Shown here in pieces: positions 31,636-41,783 of a stretch of DNA of 64,000 nucleotides. Location of the stretch: IMG/VR virus record IMGVR_UViG_3300046170_000409, one strand, 5' to 3'. How positions within the stretch are numbered: position 1 is the first letter of the stretch; the number at the start of each line of letters is the position of its first letter. The translations under genes were made by a program, and so were the position numbers. The notes below the pieces were generated by a model that saw only the letters and a list, made by a program, of their open reading frames with translations, was not told where the DNA came from and did not search any database. The DNA comes from an uncultured virus (IMG/VR IMGVR_UViG_3300046170_000409). Taxonomy: Duplodnaviria; Heunggongvirae; Uroviricota; Caudoviricetes.

Positions 31636-32526
31636 TTAATCTCCGATGAATACTGTTTTCGAACCAGTTTCTATTTTGTTTGTACCATCATTACCTGCAG
31701 GATCTCCAGTATCTGCAGTATCATCTACACGTGCTGCACCTTTTGAACCACTGTTTAGATTAATAGTTTTACCATCTATAGTAACATCGCCATCAACATT
31801 CACATCCCAATTACCTTTTACATTCATTGTTGCATTTGAATCAATGTGAATATTTACATTTCCTTTTACATGAACGTTATCATTACTTGCAATCACTGTA
31901 TAGTTATCAGCGACAATGTGAGTAACTTTAGTTCCGTCTGGATGTATTTCATAAAATGTTCCAGTCTTATGACCTTCACGAATTCTTTCGGCATTTGTAG
32001 TATCGTCCCATTCTTTATAATGTCCTGATTCTGTTTCATATACTTTATTATATGGATACTTTGCATTGTAGGGTTCACTTGGTTCACTAATAACTGAATC
32101 AGGTGTATGCGTTTTTGTGTTCGTTCCTCTTGCCAATTTATTGACATCAGACTCATCGATGTATTTTGGGTAAACTCCGTTGGGATCGTTAAATCCAAGT
32201 TGAGTGTCAGCGAGTGATGAGGGTGCTCCTGGAAGTGTGCCGAGAATCATAGGTTCCTGTGCTCGACTACCATCAATAAAGAGTCCAAATACCCATGCCC
32301 CCTCTAATAGTCCATGGAGAGTGTCTCCTACACCCGAGACCGATGCTGAGTTAGTACCATTGAGTACGATTGCCCATGGCAAAGAATCAGTTGGAATTGC
32401 TCCCTTATCTTCAGTGTGCCATCCATAGCACCTGACTCTGACTCGCCCTAGTTCTGCAGGATCGTGGCGATCTTCTACGACGCCAATGAACCATACGTTA
32501 TCCTCTGCCCCAAAAAATTTTCGCAT
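31636..32526 (-). CDS. gp5: Baseplate central spike gp5-like (OB fold + beta helix, no lysozyme domain)
   Basis: WFIGVVEDRHDP..LGRVRVRCYGWH, LPWA, YPYNKVYETESGH, HKTGTFYEIHPDG. Confidence 0.92.
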   Translation of the reverse strand: MRKFFGAEDNVWFIGVVEDRHDPAELGRVRVRCYGWHTEDKGAIPTDSLPWAIVLNGTNSASVSGVGDTLHGLLEGAWVFGLFIDGSRAQEPMILGTLPGAPSSLADTQLGFNDPNGVYPKYIDESDVNKLARGTNTKTHTPDSVISEPSEPYNAKYPYNKVYETESGHYKEWDDTTNAERIREGHKTGTFYEIHPDGTKVTHIVADNYTVIASNDNVHVKGNVNIHIDSNATMNVKGNWDVNVDGDVTIDGKTINLNSGSKGAARVDDTADTGDPAGNDGTNKIETGSKTVFIGD

Positions 32527-32528
32527 AT

Positions 32529-32720
32529 TTACTTACTACTACTTTTTTTTGTTCTTTTTACTTTTTTCTTTTTAGGTACAACAACTTCTTCTTCTTCTTC
32601 ATGTTGTGGAATATTTACTTCTTGTAAAAATTCCTGTTCATTATCGTTGTTGATTTCTTGCAATGATACTTTTTTACTTTTGACCATTGCTTTGTGTCTT
32701 GCACTTCCTGGAATTGGCAT
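32529..32720 (-). CDS. Small charged hypothetical protein
   Basis: MPIPGSARHK start with AGGAG RBS; acidic then basic tail. Confidence 0.6.
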   Translation of the reverse strand: MPIPGSARHKAMVKSKKVSLQEINNDNEQEFLQEVNIPQHEEEEEVVVPKKKKVKRTKKSSSK

Positions 32721-32738
32721 AATAATTTCTCCTATAAT

Positions 32739-34107
32739 TTAAATTTCTATTCCTGAGTCTTTTGTGCATTCAATAAAAGTCATAAATTCTGCACCAGAGT
32801 TTCCTCCAAATTTATGTCTCAATTTAGTGATAATATATTTACCACTAATATATTTATCCTGTTGTCTATCATCGTTATCTAAAGTGGTTGCTCTTGGAAT
32901 GTGTACATTAATACATTCACCCACATTTAATTCACTATTACCATTAACTGTTAATTCAACTACACTATTAAATATCTGTCTTTTAAATGATTGTCTTCTT
33001 GAAGCAACATCATTATATCTTTTTGGTAAAGGTGTTTCTTTACTAAACACAGAATCTGAATCATGTCCTCTTCTTGATTGCATCATATAAACTAATGACT
33101 CACCCTCAGAAGATCCTGGAATCTTTAGATTCTGCATTTTGTTAAATTTACTTTCTTCTTTTTCATAATCAAAAACATATTCTGTTTTTTTCTTTCTTAG
33201 TAAATCAAGATTAATCGTTCTTGATTTGAATAGACCACGATTTGCATTAAATAAAATATCAGTTTGTTTATTAACAGTATATGATATTATTTTTTGATAA
33301 GGACTAGTATCTGTTTCTTTTTCACTTTCTTTCATCTTCAAGATTTGCAGTCAAATACTTATAAGTCTCTACAGGTTCAGAAAGAATTAATTGATTAAAG
33401 TCAATAAATTTAAATCCTTTTGTATCTTCATAAAAGGTATACAAAGGAACATGATTATCACAATCAGATTCTACTGCAAGCATATCAATTGCATCGTCTA
33501 CTGTTGCATTCGGAACAACAAATACTTGTTGTCCATTTGTTGGACTTATATAAATTTCTTTTTCTATAATTTGATTGAGTATACCTTTGAATTTTTGATA
33601 AATTCCTTTTGCCTCTGCATTGTAAATAAATTCATCAATAATACTCTTGACCATATTTGATATAAGATTTCCTGTACCACTTCCATATGCACGAGATATT
33701 CTTCTTGTTGCAGAGATATATGCTTCAAGACTAATTCCACTGATATTATACGTTTCTGATTTCTCATTAATTCTTTGACGATCGGTAAGAGTGTAAAGAC
33801 CGAATAAATGAGTTTTGTAATCTAAGTCATCACTATTTGTTTTATAGGAAACTGCCAAAACTTCACCACCAGTGAAACCACCTTGTGTATTGTTTTGTTC
33901 ATTTCCCTCTAATGAATTGAGTAATGCCAATGCATCGCCAATAACTAAATCACATTGCATGTAATGTTCAAATACATTTTGATAGACATTAATCTCTAAT
34001 GTAATTTGAGAGATATCAATGATTTGTCCTGATGGACTAATGAGTAGAATAGACCTAACGTCTATATCATTAGGAGAGACCATCCCCTGTTTCAATTCCT
34101 GTGTCAT
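32739..34107 (-). CDS. Baseplate hub protein (gp27-like), split by a +1 frameshift near 33331
   Basis: EINVYQNVF..DLVIGD, FYEDTKGFKF, VNGNSELNVGECI, SGKYIITKLRH; between gp53 and gp5. Confidence 0.75.
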
Positions 34108-34682
34108 TAAATATTATCCTTGAGTATAGACCTCACTTCATCTTTCAATTTATCAACATACCTTTTATCAAGGATTTTAATTTTTTGTCTCTTTTCATTT
34201 TCTTCGATTTCATAATCATATTTTGATACTAATTCTTTTTGACTTTCTGTGAGAGTATTATAAGTTGTTAAATCGACAACAACATATCTTTTAGGTATTT
34301 GTGTTCCATCATTTAATATTCTTGCTGTATCAAGCACTTGTCTATATTCATGCACCTCTGCTTGTGCTGCAGGTATACTGCCATATTTACCTTTAATCAT
34401 TTTATTGAATTGATGTGTTGTCAAATACCAACCAAAAATAGGATCGACTATATCATTAAAATATAAAACTATCCATGCCAAGTCAGCGTTACCATAATAT
34501 TTTTCAGCGACAGTATCTGGTCTGTCACCCTCTTGTATATTGTATTCATAGAATACATCAGTACGATTTTTAACATCAGAACGTACTTGAAATCTTTTTA
34601 ATATATTAGTAACAAGTGTTTGTTGTCCAACTTGTGTGAGGTCATTCAACGTTTTTGGAAAGTATGAAAAAAATTCAGACAT
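34107..34682 (-). CDS. gp53: Baseplate wedge subunit gp53
   Basis: FFSYFP, YNIQEGDRPDTVAEKYYG..WIVL.FNDI.DP, YDYEIEENEKRQKIKIL. Confidence 0.92.
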   Translation of the reverse strand: MSEFFSYFPKTLNDLTQVGQQTLVTNILKRFQVRSDVKNRTDVFYEYNIQEGDRPDTVAEKYYGNADLAWIVLYFNDIVDPIFGWYLTTHQFNKMIKGKYGSIPAAQAEVHEYRQVLDTARILNDGTQIPKRYVVVDLTTYNTLTESQKELVSKYDYEIEENEKRQKIKILDKRYVDKLKDEVRSILKDNI

Positions 34683-35767
34683 TATTCGTACCTATCTTCT
34701 AGTCTTTCTTTAGTGTAAATAAATGTTTCTTGGAATGATAATTGTATTTCAATTGAAACAGGTGCACCACTTCCTTCAAAAAAGATTGGTGTTCCTTCAC
34801 CATTATAGTTCACACTCACATCCTTTAATACACATGTTCCTATGTCATAAAGATATGGCGAAACTGCAGTAGCAAATTCAATTTCGAATTCATCAGGATA
34901 TTTAAATGCAAGAGATCCTGGTGCATATGATGGATGCATGTGATATTGAAATGCATTAATAATTCTTTTAATCGAATCAGATTCTTCTTGATTCCTTGCA
35001 ATAAATTTATAAGTGAATTGATGGGATCTAAAGTTAACATTTTGAAATACAACTGCAAGGTGTGGGTTTAATGCAAGTCCTTCGGAAACACCAATACCTG
35101 CCACAACACCCTCTTGTGTTCCACCAAGTGCGAGCAAACCACCAAGTGGTCCAGCAATCTTACCACCAACTGCTGCAGCGATTCCAGGAGCAACCACTCC
35201 TGCTCCTTGTACTCCAGCGTCTGTATCAAAAGTTTTAAATGCTTCAGTTGCTGCATTAACTTTGTTTGCAATAACATCACCAAGTGAAGATACTGCTGCG
35301 TTAATATCTGATGCACCTATCCTACCTGCTGCTGCAGTACCAAAAATACCAAGTGACATGTCACTATAATTTGCACCAGTTTGTAATGTTAGATTTGAAG
35401 GAATAGGCAATACAATGTTTTGAAAAGTGCCTTTTTCTATCGGTTCCGTTCTTGAATTTCTTCTTTGCTTCATGATTTTAAACATTATGTAATGTTCATT
35501 ATCTAAGTCTGCAGGGAATATAATAGGATCTTTAATTTTATCGTTTTGATATAAATCTTTTATTGGAGACTTGATTAAGTTTCCAACTGCTTTCTTTTTA
35601 AGTAATTCATTAAAGTTTGCTGATATTGAAATACCATTCTCACCAACATTAACACCAAATGCTCCTCTACCTGCTGCACCTGCAATTTCTTCTATTGTTC
35701 CAGTTGCCCCAGCAACTGCTGACTTGCCTGCATTAATAACAGACTTTATATTTGTTAGTTTGGGCAT
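34682..35767 (-). CDS. gp48: Baseplate tail tube cap gp48
   Basis: LNPHLAVVFQNVNFRSHQFTYKF.ARNQEES, YPDEFEI, CVLKDVSVNY, LSFQE. Confidence 0.85.
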   Translation of the reverse strand: MPKLTNIKSVINAGKSAVAGATGTIEEIAGAAGRGAFGVNVGENGISISANFNELLKKKAVGNLIKSPIKDLYQNDKIKDPIIFPADLDNEHYIMFKIMKQRRNSRTEPIEKGTFQNIVLPIPSNLTLQTGANYSDMSLGIFGTAAAGRIGASDINAAVSSLGDVIANKVNAATEAFKTFDTDAGVQGAGVVAPGIAAAVGGKIAGPLGGLLALGGTQEGVVAGIGVSEGLALNPHLAVVFQNVNFRSHQFTYKFIARNQEESDSIKRIINAFQYHMHPSYAPGSLAFKYPDEFEIEFATAVSPYLYDIGTCVLKDVSVNYNGEGTPIFFEGSGAPVSIEIQLSFQETFIYTKERLEDRYE

Positions 35768-35807
35768 CCTAAATAATCCTTATTGTGAGTTCTAGTTATT
35801 ATTTATA
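35768..35807. promoter_or_regulatory. Face-to-face late promoters for the divergent gp48 and gp4 operons
   Basis: CCTAAATA on + (35768-35775) and TATAAATA on - (35800-35807). Confidence 0.6.
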
Positions 35808-35810
35808 AAC

Positions 35811-36239
35811 ATGTCAGCACCTCATCAAGGAAAATACAAAATAAAAAATCCTTCAAAATACAAGGGAGATTATAGGAACATCTATTATAGAAGTTCTTGG
35901 GAACTCCGTGTATTCAATTATATGGATAGGAATCCAGAAGTCGTTAAATGGTCTAGTGAAGAGATTGTTATACCTTATAGATCGCCTATTGACGGAAAGA
36001 GACACAGGTATTTCCCAGATGTATGGATGAAAACTAAGAATGGAGATGTGTATTTAATTGAAATTAAACCTTTTAAAGAGACTATTCAACCGAAAAAAAG
36101 AAGTAGAATAACTAAACAATACCTATATGAAGTTAAGACATGGGGTATAAATAGTGCTAAGTGGAAGTCAGCAAAAGAATATTGTGCAGACCGAAATTGG
36201 AAATTTAAAATAATTACTGAAAAAGAGTTAGGAATCTAA
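35811..36239 (+). CDS. gp4: Head completion nuclease gp4 (TnsA-like)
   Basis: KNPSKYKGD..IYYRSSWE, WSSEEIVIPY, HRYFPD, IEIKP, ITEKELGI. Confidence 0.93.
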   Translation: MSAPHQGKYKIKNPSKYKGDYRNIYYRSSWELRVFNYMDRNPEVVKWSSEEIVIPYRSPIDGKRHRYFPDVWMKTKNGDVYLIEIKPFKETIQPKKRSRITKQYLYEVKTWGINSAKWKSAKEYCADRNWKFKIITEKELGI

Positions 36240-36829
36240 TGGCAGTTGTATTCGACGATATATTAGTAAAAGGTGTTCGACAAGGACAGATACCTGCACG
36301 CACACAAGATGCAAGAGATTGGTTTCGTAACAAAGCACGTTCTACCAGAAGTTCGAATGCATATCCAAATAATATATTAGATGATAGTAAAAAACAAAGA
36401 AGTGTTTCTCCAGGAAGCATGTATCATTTTCTATACGATCCAAAGATGAAAAAAGAATTACCATATTATGATAGATTTCCACTTATCTTTATGGTTGAAT
36501 CTGCAAAGGATGGTTTTTATGGAATTAATCTACATTATCTTCCACCAAAACTTCGTGCAGTTTTAATGGATGCATTATACAAAATATCAAATAACAAAAG
36601 ATACGATGAGACAACACGTTTAAGACTTAGTTATGATACTCTTAAAGGAGCATCAAGATTTAGATTCTTTAAACCAACATTTAAAAAATATTTAAATAAA
36701 CATGTTCGTTCTCAGTTTGTTGAAATTAAATCAGTTGAATGGGATATTGCTTTATTCTTACCAACAGAAAGATTTGAGAAAGCAAGTAAGAGTCGTGTCT
36801 TTGCAGACAGTAGGAAAATGATAAGATGA
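36239..36829 (+). CDS. gp2: DNA end protector gp2
   Basis: YDPKMKKELPYYDRFPLIF, GINLHYLPP, WDIALFLPTERF. Confidence 0.93.
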   Translation: MAVVFDDILVKGVRQGQIPARTQDARDWFRNKARSTRSSNAYPNNILDDSKKQRSVSPGSMYHFLYDPKMKKELPYYDRFPLIFMVESAKDGFYGINLHYLPPKLRAVLMDALYKISNNKRYDETTRLRLSYDTLKGASRFRFFKPTFKKYLNKHVRSQFVEIKSVEWDIALFLPTERFEKASKSRVFADSRKMIR

Positions 36830-37581
36830 CATTCAACATACAAAATATGCTTTCCTCTATTAATAAGAGTGGTATTGCAAAAACATCTCATTTTGAAGTT
36901 CAATTAACTGGTCCAGGAGAAGTTTCAAGTGAAGAGAGTCTTATGATAAGAACTGATGCAGTCGAGATTCCTGGACGTTCACTCATGACTGCTGAACATA
37001 AATTCTCTAATTATGGTCCAATTAATAAAGTTCCATATGGTGGACAAGTATATGGTGATGTCACATTAACAGTTACTCTTTCTCAAGACATGAGAGAAAA
37101 AGAGTATTTTGAAATTTGGCAACAAAGAATTACAGACACTGGTGCATTTGAAGAGGGGTCGACACAACAAGACTTCTTTGTATATGCACAATCTAAATTT
37201 AATACGAATTACTTTGATAATTATATTGGAGTTGTTACTATACGACAGTATGGATCTAATGGTGAATTACATGCGATACATACTTTACAAGAAGCATATC
37301 CAATTATCATTTCGCCAATATCAATGAGTTGGTCTCAAGATGATGTTGCGAAAATAAATGTAACATTTGCTTATAGAAATTATAAAGCAGTGTTTAATAA
37401 AAGAGACCAACCATCAGCAGGATTTGGTGGTGGTGTTTCAATTGGACCAGATGGGGTACTTGGAAATCTTCGTATTCCAGAAATTGGTCGTATCGCAGGA
37501 GCGTCACTTGGTGGTGGATTGAAAGCAGTACAAGCAAAGATTGGTGAGAATTCACCATTCACTATATTAAGAAACTTTTAA
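36826..37581 (+). CDS. Tail tube/baseplate tube initiator (gp19/gp54-like)
   Basis: VEIPGRSL, KEYFEIWQ, LQEAYPIIISPISMSW, VTFAYR. Confidence 0.8.
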   Translation: MTFNIQNMLSSINKSGIAKTSHFEVQLTGPGEVSSEESLMIRTDAVEIPGRSLMTAEHKFSNYGPINKVPYGGQVYGDVTLTVTLSQDMREKEYFEIWQQRITDTGAFEEGSTQQDFFVYAQSKFNTNYFDNYIGVVTIRQYGSNGELHAIHTLQEAYPIIISPISMSWSQDDVAKINVTFAYRNYKAVFNKRDQPSAGFGGGVSIGPDGVLGNLRIPEIGRIAGASLGGGLKAVQAKIGENSPFTILRNF

Positions 37582-37601
37582 CATTATGGAGATAAAATAT
37601 T

Positions 37602-38306
37602 ATGGCATTACCTAATATATCAACGCCTGAATTTACGACAAAAATTCCCTCGACAGGTGAGGAAATTAAATTCAGACCATTTTTAGTAAGAGAAGAAAAA
37701 ATTCTCTTAATGGCACTTGAAGGTGAAGACCAAGATGAAATACAAAATACAATTGTCAAAATACTTGAAGGTTGTATTCTAACACCTATTGACATGACTA
37801 AACTAGCAATGTTTGACATTGAGTATCTGTTCTTACAGTTACGTGGCAAATCAGTTGGTGAAGTTCTCAATTTAAAAGTTGGTCATCAAAAAGGAAAATG
37901 TGACCATAAAACAGATGTAGAAATTAAAATTGATGATATAAAAGTTGTTGGTAAGATTCCTGAATCTAAAGTTATGCTAACAGATACTGTTGGTGTTAAA
38001 CTTAAATTCTTGAACATGGCAGATGTAACTAAAGTTTCAAATGCAAAAGGTAACGACAATGAAAAACTATTTAATGTAATTAATAAATGCATTGAATACA
38101 TTTTTGATGAAGAACAAGTTTATAACGATTTTAATGAAAAAGAAATTGAAGATTGGGTTAATAATCTAAATCAATCACAGTTCCAAAAAATAGTTGGATT
38201 TATTGAATCAATGCCTAAGTTACAACATGAGATAACTTGGACTTGTGAAAAATGTGGTAAGAAAGAGACTATTAAACTGGAGGGTTTGCAAAGTTTTTTT
38301 ACATAA
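37602..38306 (+). CDS. gp26: Baseplate hub assembly chaperone gp26
   Basis: MALP..PS.G..IKFRPFLVREEKILLMALE, FDIEYLFLQLRGKSVGE, CEKC, LEGLQSFF. Confidence 0.92.
   Translation: MALPNISTPEFTTKIPSTGEEIKFRPFLVREEKILLMALEGEDQDEIQNTIVKILEGCILTPIDMTKLAMFDIEYLFLQLRGKSVGEVLNLKVGHQKGKCDHKTDVEIKIDDIKVVGKIPESKVMLTDTVGVKLKFLNMADVTKVSNAKGNDNEKLFNVINKCIEYIFDEEQVYNDFNEKEIEDWVNNLNQSQFQKIVGFIESMPKLQHEITWTCEKCGKKETIKLEGLQSFFT
38294..38300 (+). other. Candidate -1 ribosomal frameshift heptamer T_TTT_TTT
   Basis: The -1 frame reads TAC ATA AGC ATG straight into gp51. Confidence 0.6.
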
Positions 38307-38308
38307 GC

Positions 38309-38482
38309 ATGGTACATGATAACCTTGCAAATATGTACCAGTTGAATTTTGCACTTATACAGCATCATAAATACTCTCTGACAGAATTAGAAAATATGAT
38401 ACCTTGGGAACGAGACATATATGTAACTTTGTTGAAGAATTATCTTGAAGAACAAGAAGAGAAGTCGAAACAAAGAGGATAA
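38309..38482 (+). CDS. gp51: Baseplate hub assembly catalyst gp51, absent from the ORF track
   Basis: Manual translation MVHDNLANMYQLNFALIQHHKYSLTELENMIPWERDIYVTLLKNYLEEQEEKSKQRG. Confidence 0.9.
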   Translation: MVHDNLANMYQLNFALIQHHKYSLTELENMIPWERDIYVTLLKNYLEEQEEKSKQRG

Positions 38483-38506
38483 GAAAAAAGAAGAGGAGAA
38501 ACGTTT

Positions 38507-38941
38507 ATGATACCAATGGAATTATTATCAATGTTGGCATCCACTGTTCTTGGTGGAGTTTTATCCCTTATGGCACAGAGGTCAAAGGATAGAGCAGATG
38601 AACAAAAGATGCTTATGCAAAGGGCAGAGTTCCAAGCACAACAATTTGATAAAGCACGAGAGGTAACAGACCAATTCACAAAGAATACTAGGAGATGGAT
38701 TGCGTTAATATCTGTTATTGCAATATTAGTTATACCTAAACTTGCACCATTTATAGATCCTAGTTTACCAATATATGTTGGTTACACAGAAACAGTACAA
38801 ACAGGTTTCTGGATATTTGGTTCTGATATAGATATGACACAATGGAAACCAATGAGTGGTTTAGTTATCACACCATTGGATACACATGTTGTATCAAGTA
38901 TTATCGGTTTGTATTTTGGTGGATCTTTGGTTAGAAGATAA
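38507..38941 (+). CDS. Membrane protein, holin-like (about 3 hydrophobic segments)
   Basis: N-terminal hydrophobic helix, TRRWIALISVIAILV, IIGLYFGGSLVRR. Confidence 0.6.
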   Translation: MIPMELLSMLASTVLGGVLSLMAQRSKDRADEQKMLMQRAEFQAQQFDKAREVTDQFTKNTRRWIALISVIAILVIPKLAPFIDPSLPIYVGYTETVQTGFWIFGSDIDMTQWKPMSGLVITPLDTHVVSSIIGLYFGGSLVRR

Positions 38942-40806
38942 TGGCAGATTTACCAGTATTAAACGCATTAGAAGAATTACAGTCTAGTAATAAAGATGGA
39001 CTGAAAACTCTTGACAAATCTTTTATAAAAGGATTTTCAGAACTCAACACCTCACTTGAATCAATGACAAATGTCTTGAATAAAGTATTTAATATTCAAG
39101 AAAAGATGTATGAGAAAGCACGTATTGAGAATACTAAACTTATTGAAACAATGCGTGAAGATGCTAGACAAAAAGATAGAGTCGCAAAAAGTGGGACTGG
39201 TGGCACTGCAAGTGAATCAAAAGGATTTTTAAATCTATTAAAAATTGGTGGACTTGCTGCTGCAGCAGCAGGTCTGGCAACTGCAGTTGCAGAGGGTTAT
39301 CGTGGATGGGAACCAATGGCACTTGCAAAAGGTGCAAAGGTTTCAAGAGAATTAGTTGGTAATGGTGTTGCTAGAGCAACTAATGTCATGAAGAATATGG
39401 GTAATGCATTTATGCAGGTTGATACTGATTATAAAAATGCAACTCGTACGACTGGTGGAAGAATTACTCCTGCAGGTAGCATTGCAAATACTTTTGAATC
39501 TATAAGAAGCAGTGTACTAAATGCTTTTGGAAAATTAGAAGATGTAAAAGATAAATTTAGAGTTGGTCGTGCTTCTGTATTTGCTTCAATTGGAGACACA
39601 TTTAATGCACTTAGAGGTAACATGTATAGTGCAGTTGGTTTAGGGGCAGATGGAAGAGCAGTCGTTACAACACCAGAATGGGTAAAAAGAACACGTGATG
39701 CATTTAATGCAACGAAAGGTTTTGCAGGTTCAGCAATTGATAGTATAATTGATGGTGTAAGAAATATATTTGGTAGTGTTAAAACATTTTTAGAAGGTCC
39801 AGCAGGAATCATATCTCGTGGAGTACAAGGAATGGGCACATTCTTAAGAAAACTTCCAATCATTGGTACGATTGTTGGAGCATTCATGTCGACATTTGAG
39901 GGAATAGTTGCAGCATTTAATGTTGAAGGAACATTTGCAGATAAAGCACAAGCATTTATTACTACTGCTATTTCTGACTTTATTGGTGCACCATTAGACT
40001 TATTTAAAAATATCATCAGTTGGGTTGGAAGTAAATTTGGATTTGAAAGTTTTGAAAGATTATTAGATTCATTCTCTTTTGAAGACATATTCCGTGATTT
40101 ATTAAATACTGTTTTCAATATGGGAAGAAGAACAATAGAATGGTTTGGAACACTATTTACTAATCCAGAACAAGCACTTAATGAATTGTGGGATGGTATT
40201 GTAGGTGGTGTAAGAAACATTGGAACATGGTTCAAGAGTTTAATTCCTAATGATTTTGACCCACTTGGTTACTTAGGTGACAGAGTTAAATCTATACTCA
40301 ATTGGTTTTATAACTCTGACACTGGAGATGTATTTGGTGGATTCTTAAATATAGATTTACAAAAACTTAAAGATTCACTCCCAGAATTTAAATTACCAGA
40401 ATTTGATTTCCCAGATTTCACATTACCTGATTTCCCAAATCCATTTGAAGGATTTGGTCAGAAGATAAAAAATTCTACTGCATTTAGTGCAATGAATTTT
40501 GGTGAAAACTTTGGAATTGATATGAACTTTGGTGACAAGATTAAGAATGCATTAATGGGTGTATTTGGTATTAGTCCTACATCAATTGCAGGTGCTGCAA
40601 GTGCATCTGGTGGTTTAACAGGTGCTGCAGTTGATAGAGCATCCAGAACAAACAGTTCGATGGGTAACATTATCAATGTAACACCAGTGACAACAAACAC
40701 GAATAATCAACAACAAATGAACAATACGACTGTCGTTCCTGCATCTCCTGATAGATCTAGAGGAAGTCCAATTCGTTCTGAAAAATTAAACGAAGTTTAT
40801 TCATAA
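38941..40806 (+). CDS. Tape measure protein (gp29-like position)
   Basis: Ala/Gly-rich helical protein with W/F periodicity, FLRKLPIIG; ends in an N/T/V-rich stretch; follows gp26/gp51. Confidence 0.75.
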   Translation: MADLPVLNALEELQSSNKDGLKTLDKSFIKGFSELNTSLESMTNVLNKVFNIQEKMYEKARIENTKLIETMREDARQKDRVAKSGTGGTASESKGFLNLLKIGGLAAAAAGLATAVAEGYRGWEPMALAKGAKVSRELVGNGVARATNVMKNMGNAFMQVDTDYKNATRTTGGRITPAGSIANTFESIRSSVLNAFGKLEDVKDKFRVGRASVFASIGDTFNALRGNMYSAVGLGADGRAVVTTPEWVKRTRDAFNATKGFAGSAIDSIIDGVRNIFGSVKTFLEGPAGIISRGVQGMGTFLRKLPIIGTIVGAFMSTFEGIVAAFNVEGTFADKAQAFITTAISDFIGAPLDLFKNIISWVGSKFGFESFERLLDSFSFEDIFRDLLNTVFNMGRRTIEWFGTLFTNPEQALNELWDGIVGGVRNIGTWFKSLIPNDFDPLGYLGDRVKSILNWFYNSDTGDVFGGFLNIDLQKLKDSLPEFKLPEFDFPDFTLPDFPNPFEGFGQKIKNSTAFSAMNFGENFGIDMNFGDKIKNALMGVFGISPTSIAGAASASGGLTGAAVDRASRTNSSMGNIINVTPVTTNTNNQQQMNNTTVVPASPDRSRGSPIRSEKLNEVYS

Positions 40807-40835
40807 AAAAAGAGGGAGCAACGAATTGCTCCCTC
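40805..40835 (-). terminator. Rho-independent terminator after gp32
   Basis: GAGGGAGCAA-TTCG-TTGCTCCCTC followed by T7 on the minus strand. Confidence 0.9.
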
Positions 40836-40862
40836 AGTCGTCTTGGTAAGTAAAAAGGAGTG

Positions 40863-41783
40863 TTACTCCTCGTTTGCTAACTTCTCAAAGAAAGATAAAT
40901 CATCATCTTCTTCTGCTGTTACAGGAGCAGGAGCAGATTTCTGCACAGGTGCAGGTGCTTCTTTTGCCTTTGGCATTTCCACAGTTTTATCTTCTTCTTC
41001 GATTGATGGTGTTGCAGCACGTGGAGTAGGTTTGGCATTACCAAGTGCTCTTTCAAGTTTAGCATCTAAATCTGCATAAGACTTGAATTGTGAAGGATCT
41101 ACAAAATCACTAAGTGAATGTAACCCATTATATAAAGTTTCAAGTTTCTCATCATCTCCACCAAAAGTTGCAGATGGTGTATCAAACTCTGACTTGTCAT
41201 AGTTACGATATCCTTCGACTTTACGAATTTTCAATTTAAAGTCAGCACCTTCCCAAAAATCAAATGGGTTCACTGGTTGCTCATCTTCAAACTGAGGATT
41301 CATTATATCGTTTAGTTTGTCCCAAATTTTCTTGCCATATTTGTATAGAAACACCTTACCCTCATTTTCAGGATTTGATGGATCTTTAACAACAAGAATG
41401 TTAGAGATGTAAGTTAGACGACGTTTCTGTTTACGAACAATTTCTTTGTTTGCCTCAATACCTGAGTTCCACAATTCACTGTTATGTTTACAGACTGGAC
41501 ATTCTTGTCCAATAGTTGTTGGGCAGTTTTCAATATACCAACCACCATTTCCTTGAAACCCATGACTGAAAGTTCTTACATATGGAAGATCTTCGTTAGG
41601 TGCTTCAGGCATGAAACGAATTACTGCATAACCATTTCCTGCTTTGTCGACTTGGGGTTGCCAGAATCGATTATCTTCTGTTGAGGCAGATTGTCCACCT
41701 TCATTTAGTTTTTTCGACTCTGAGAGTAGTTTAGAAAGAGAGTCAGTTCTTGACTTCTTTAGAGTTGCAAATGAATTTGCCAT
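40863..41783 (-). CDS. gp32: Single-stranded DNA-binding protein gp32
   Basis: DKAGNGYAVIRF, HGFQG.GGWYIENCPTTIGQECPVC, FDFWEGADFKLKI, acidic tail. Confidence 0.97.
   Translation of the reverse strand: MANSFATLKKSRTDSLSKLLSESKKLNEGGQSASTEDNRFWQPQVDKAGNGYAVIRFMPEAPNEDLPYVRTFSHGFQGNGGWYIENCPTTIGQECPVCKHNSELWNSGIEANKEIVRKQKRRLTYISNILVVKDPSNPENEGKVFLYKYGKKIWDKLNDIMNPQFEDEQPVNPFDFWEGADFKLKIRKVEGYRNYDKSEFDTPSATFGGDDEKLETLYNGLHSLSDFVDPSQFKSYADLDAKLERALGNAKPTPRAATPSIEEEDKTVEMPKAKEAPAPVQKSAPAPVTAEEDDDLSFFEKLANEE

Noticed and set aside
32160..32520. Locally higher GC in the 5' part of gp5
   Set aside because: Explicable by Gly/Pro/Trp/Arg-rich coding; no boundaries or repeats suggesting insertion; not quantified
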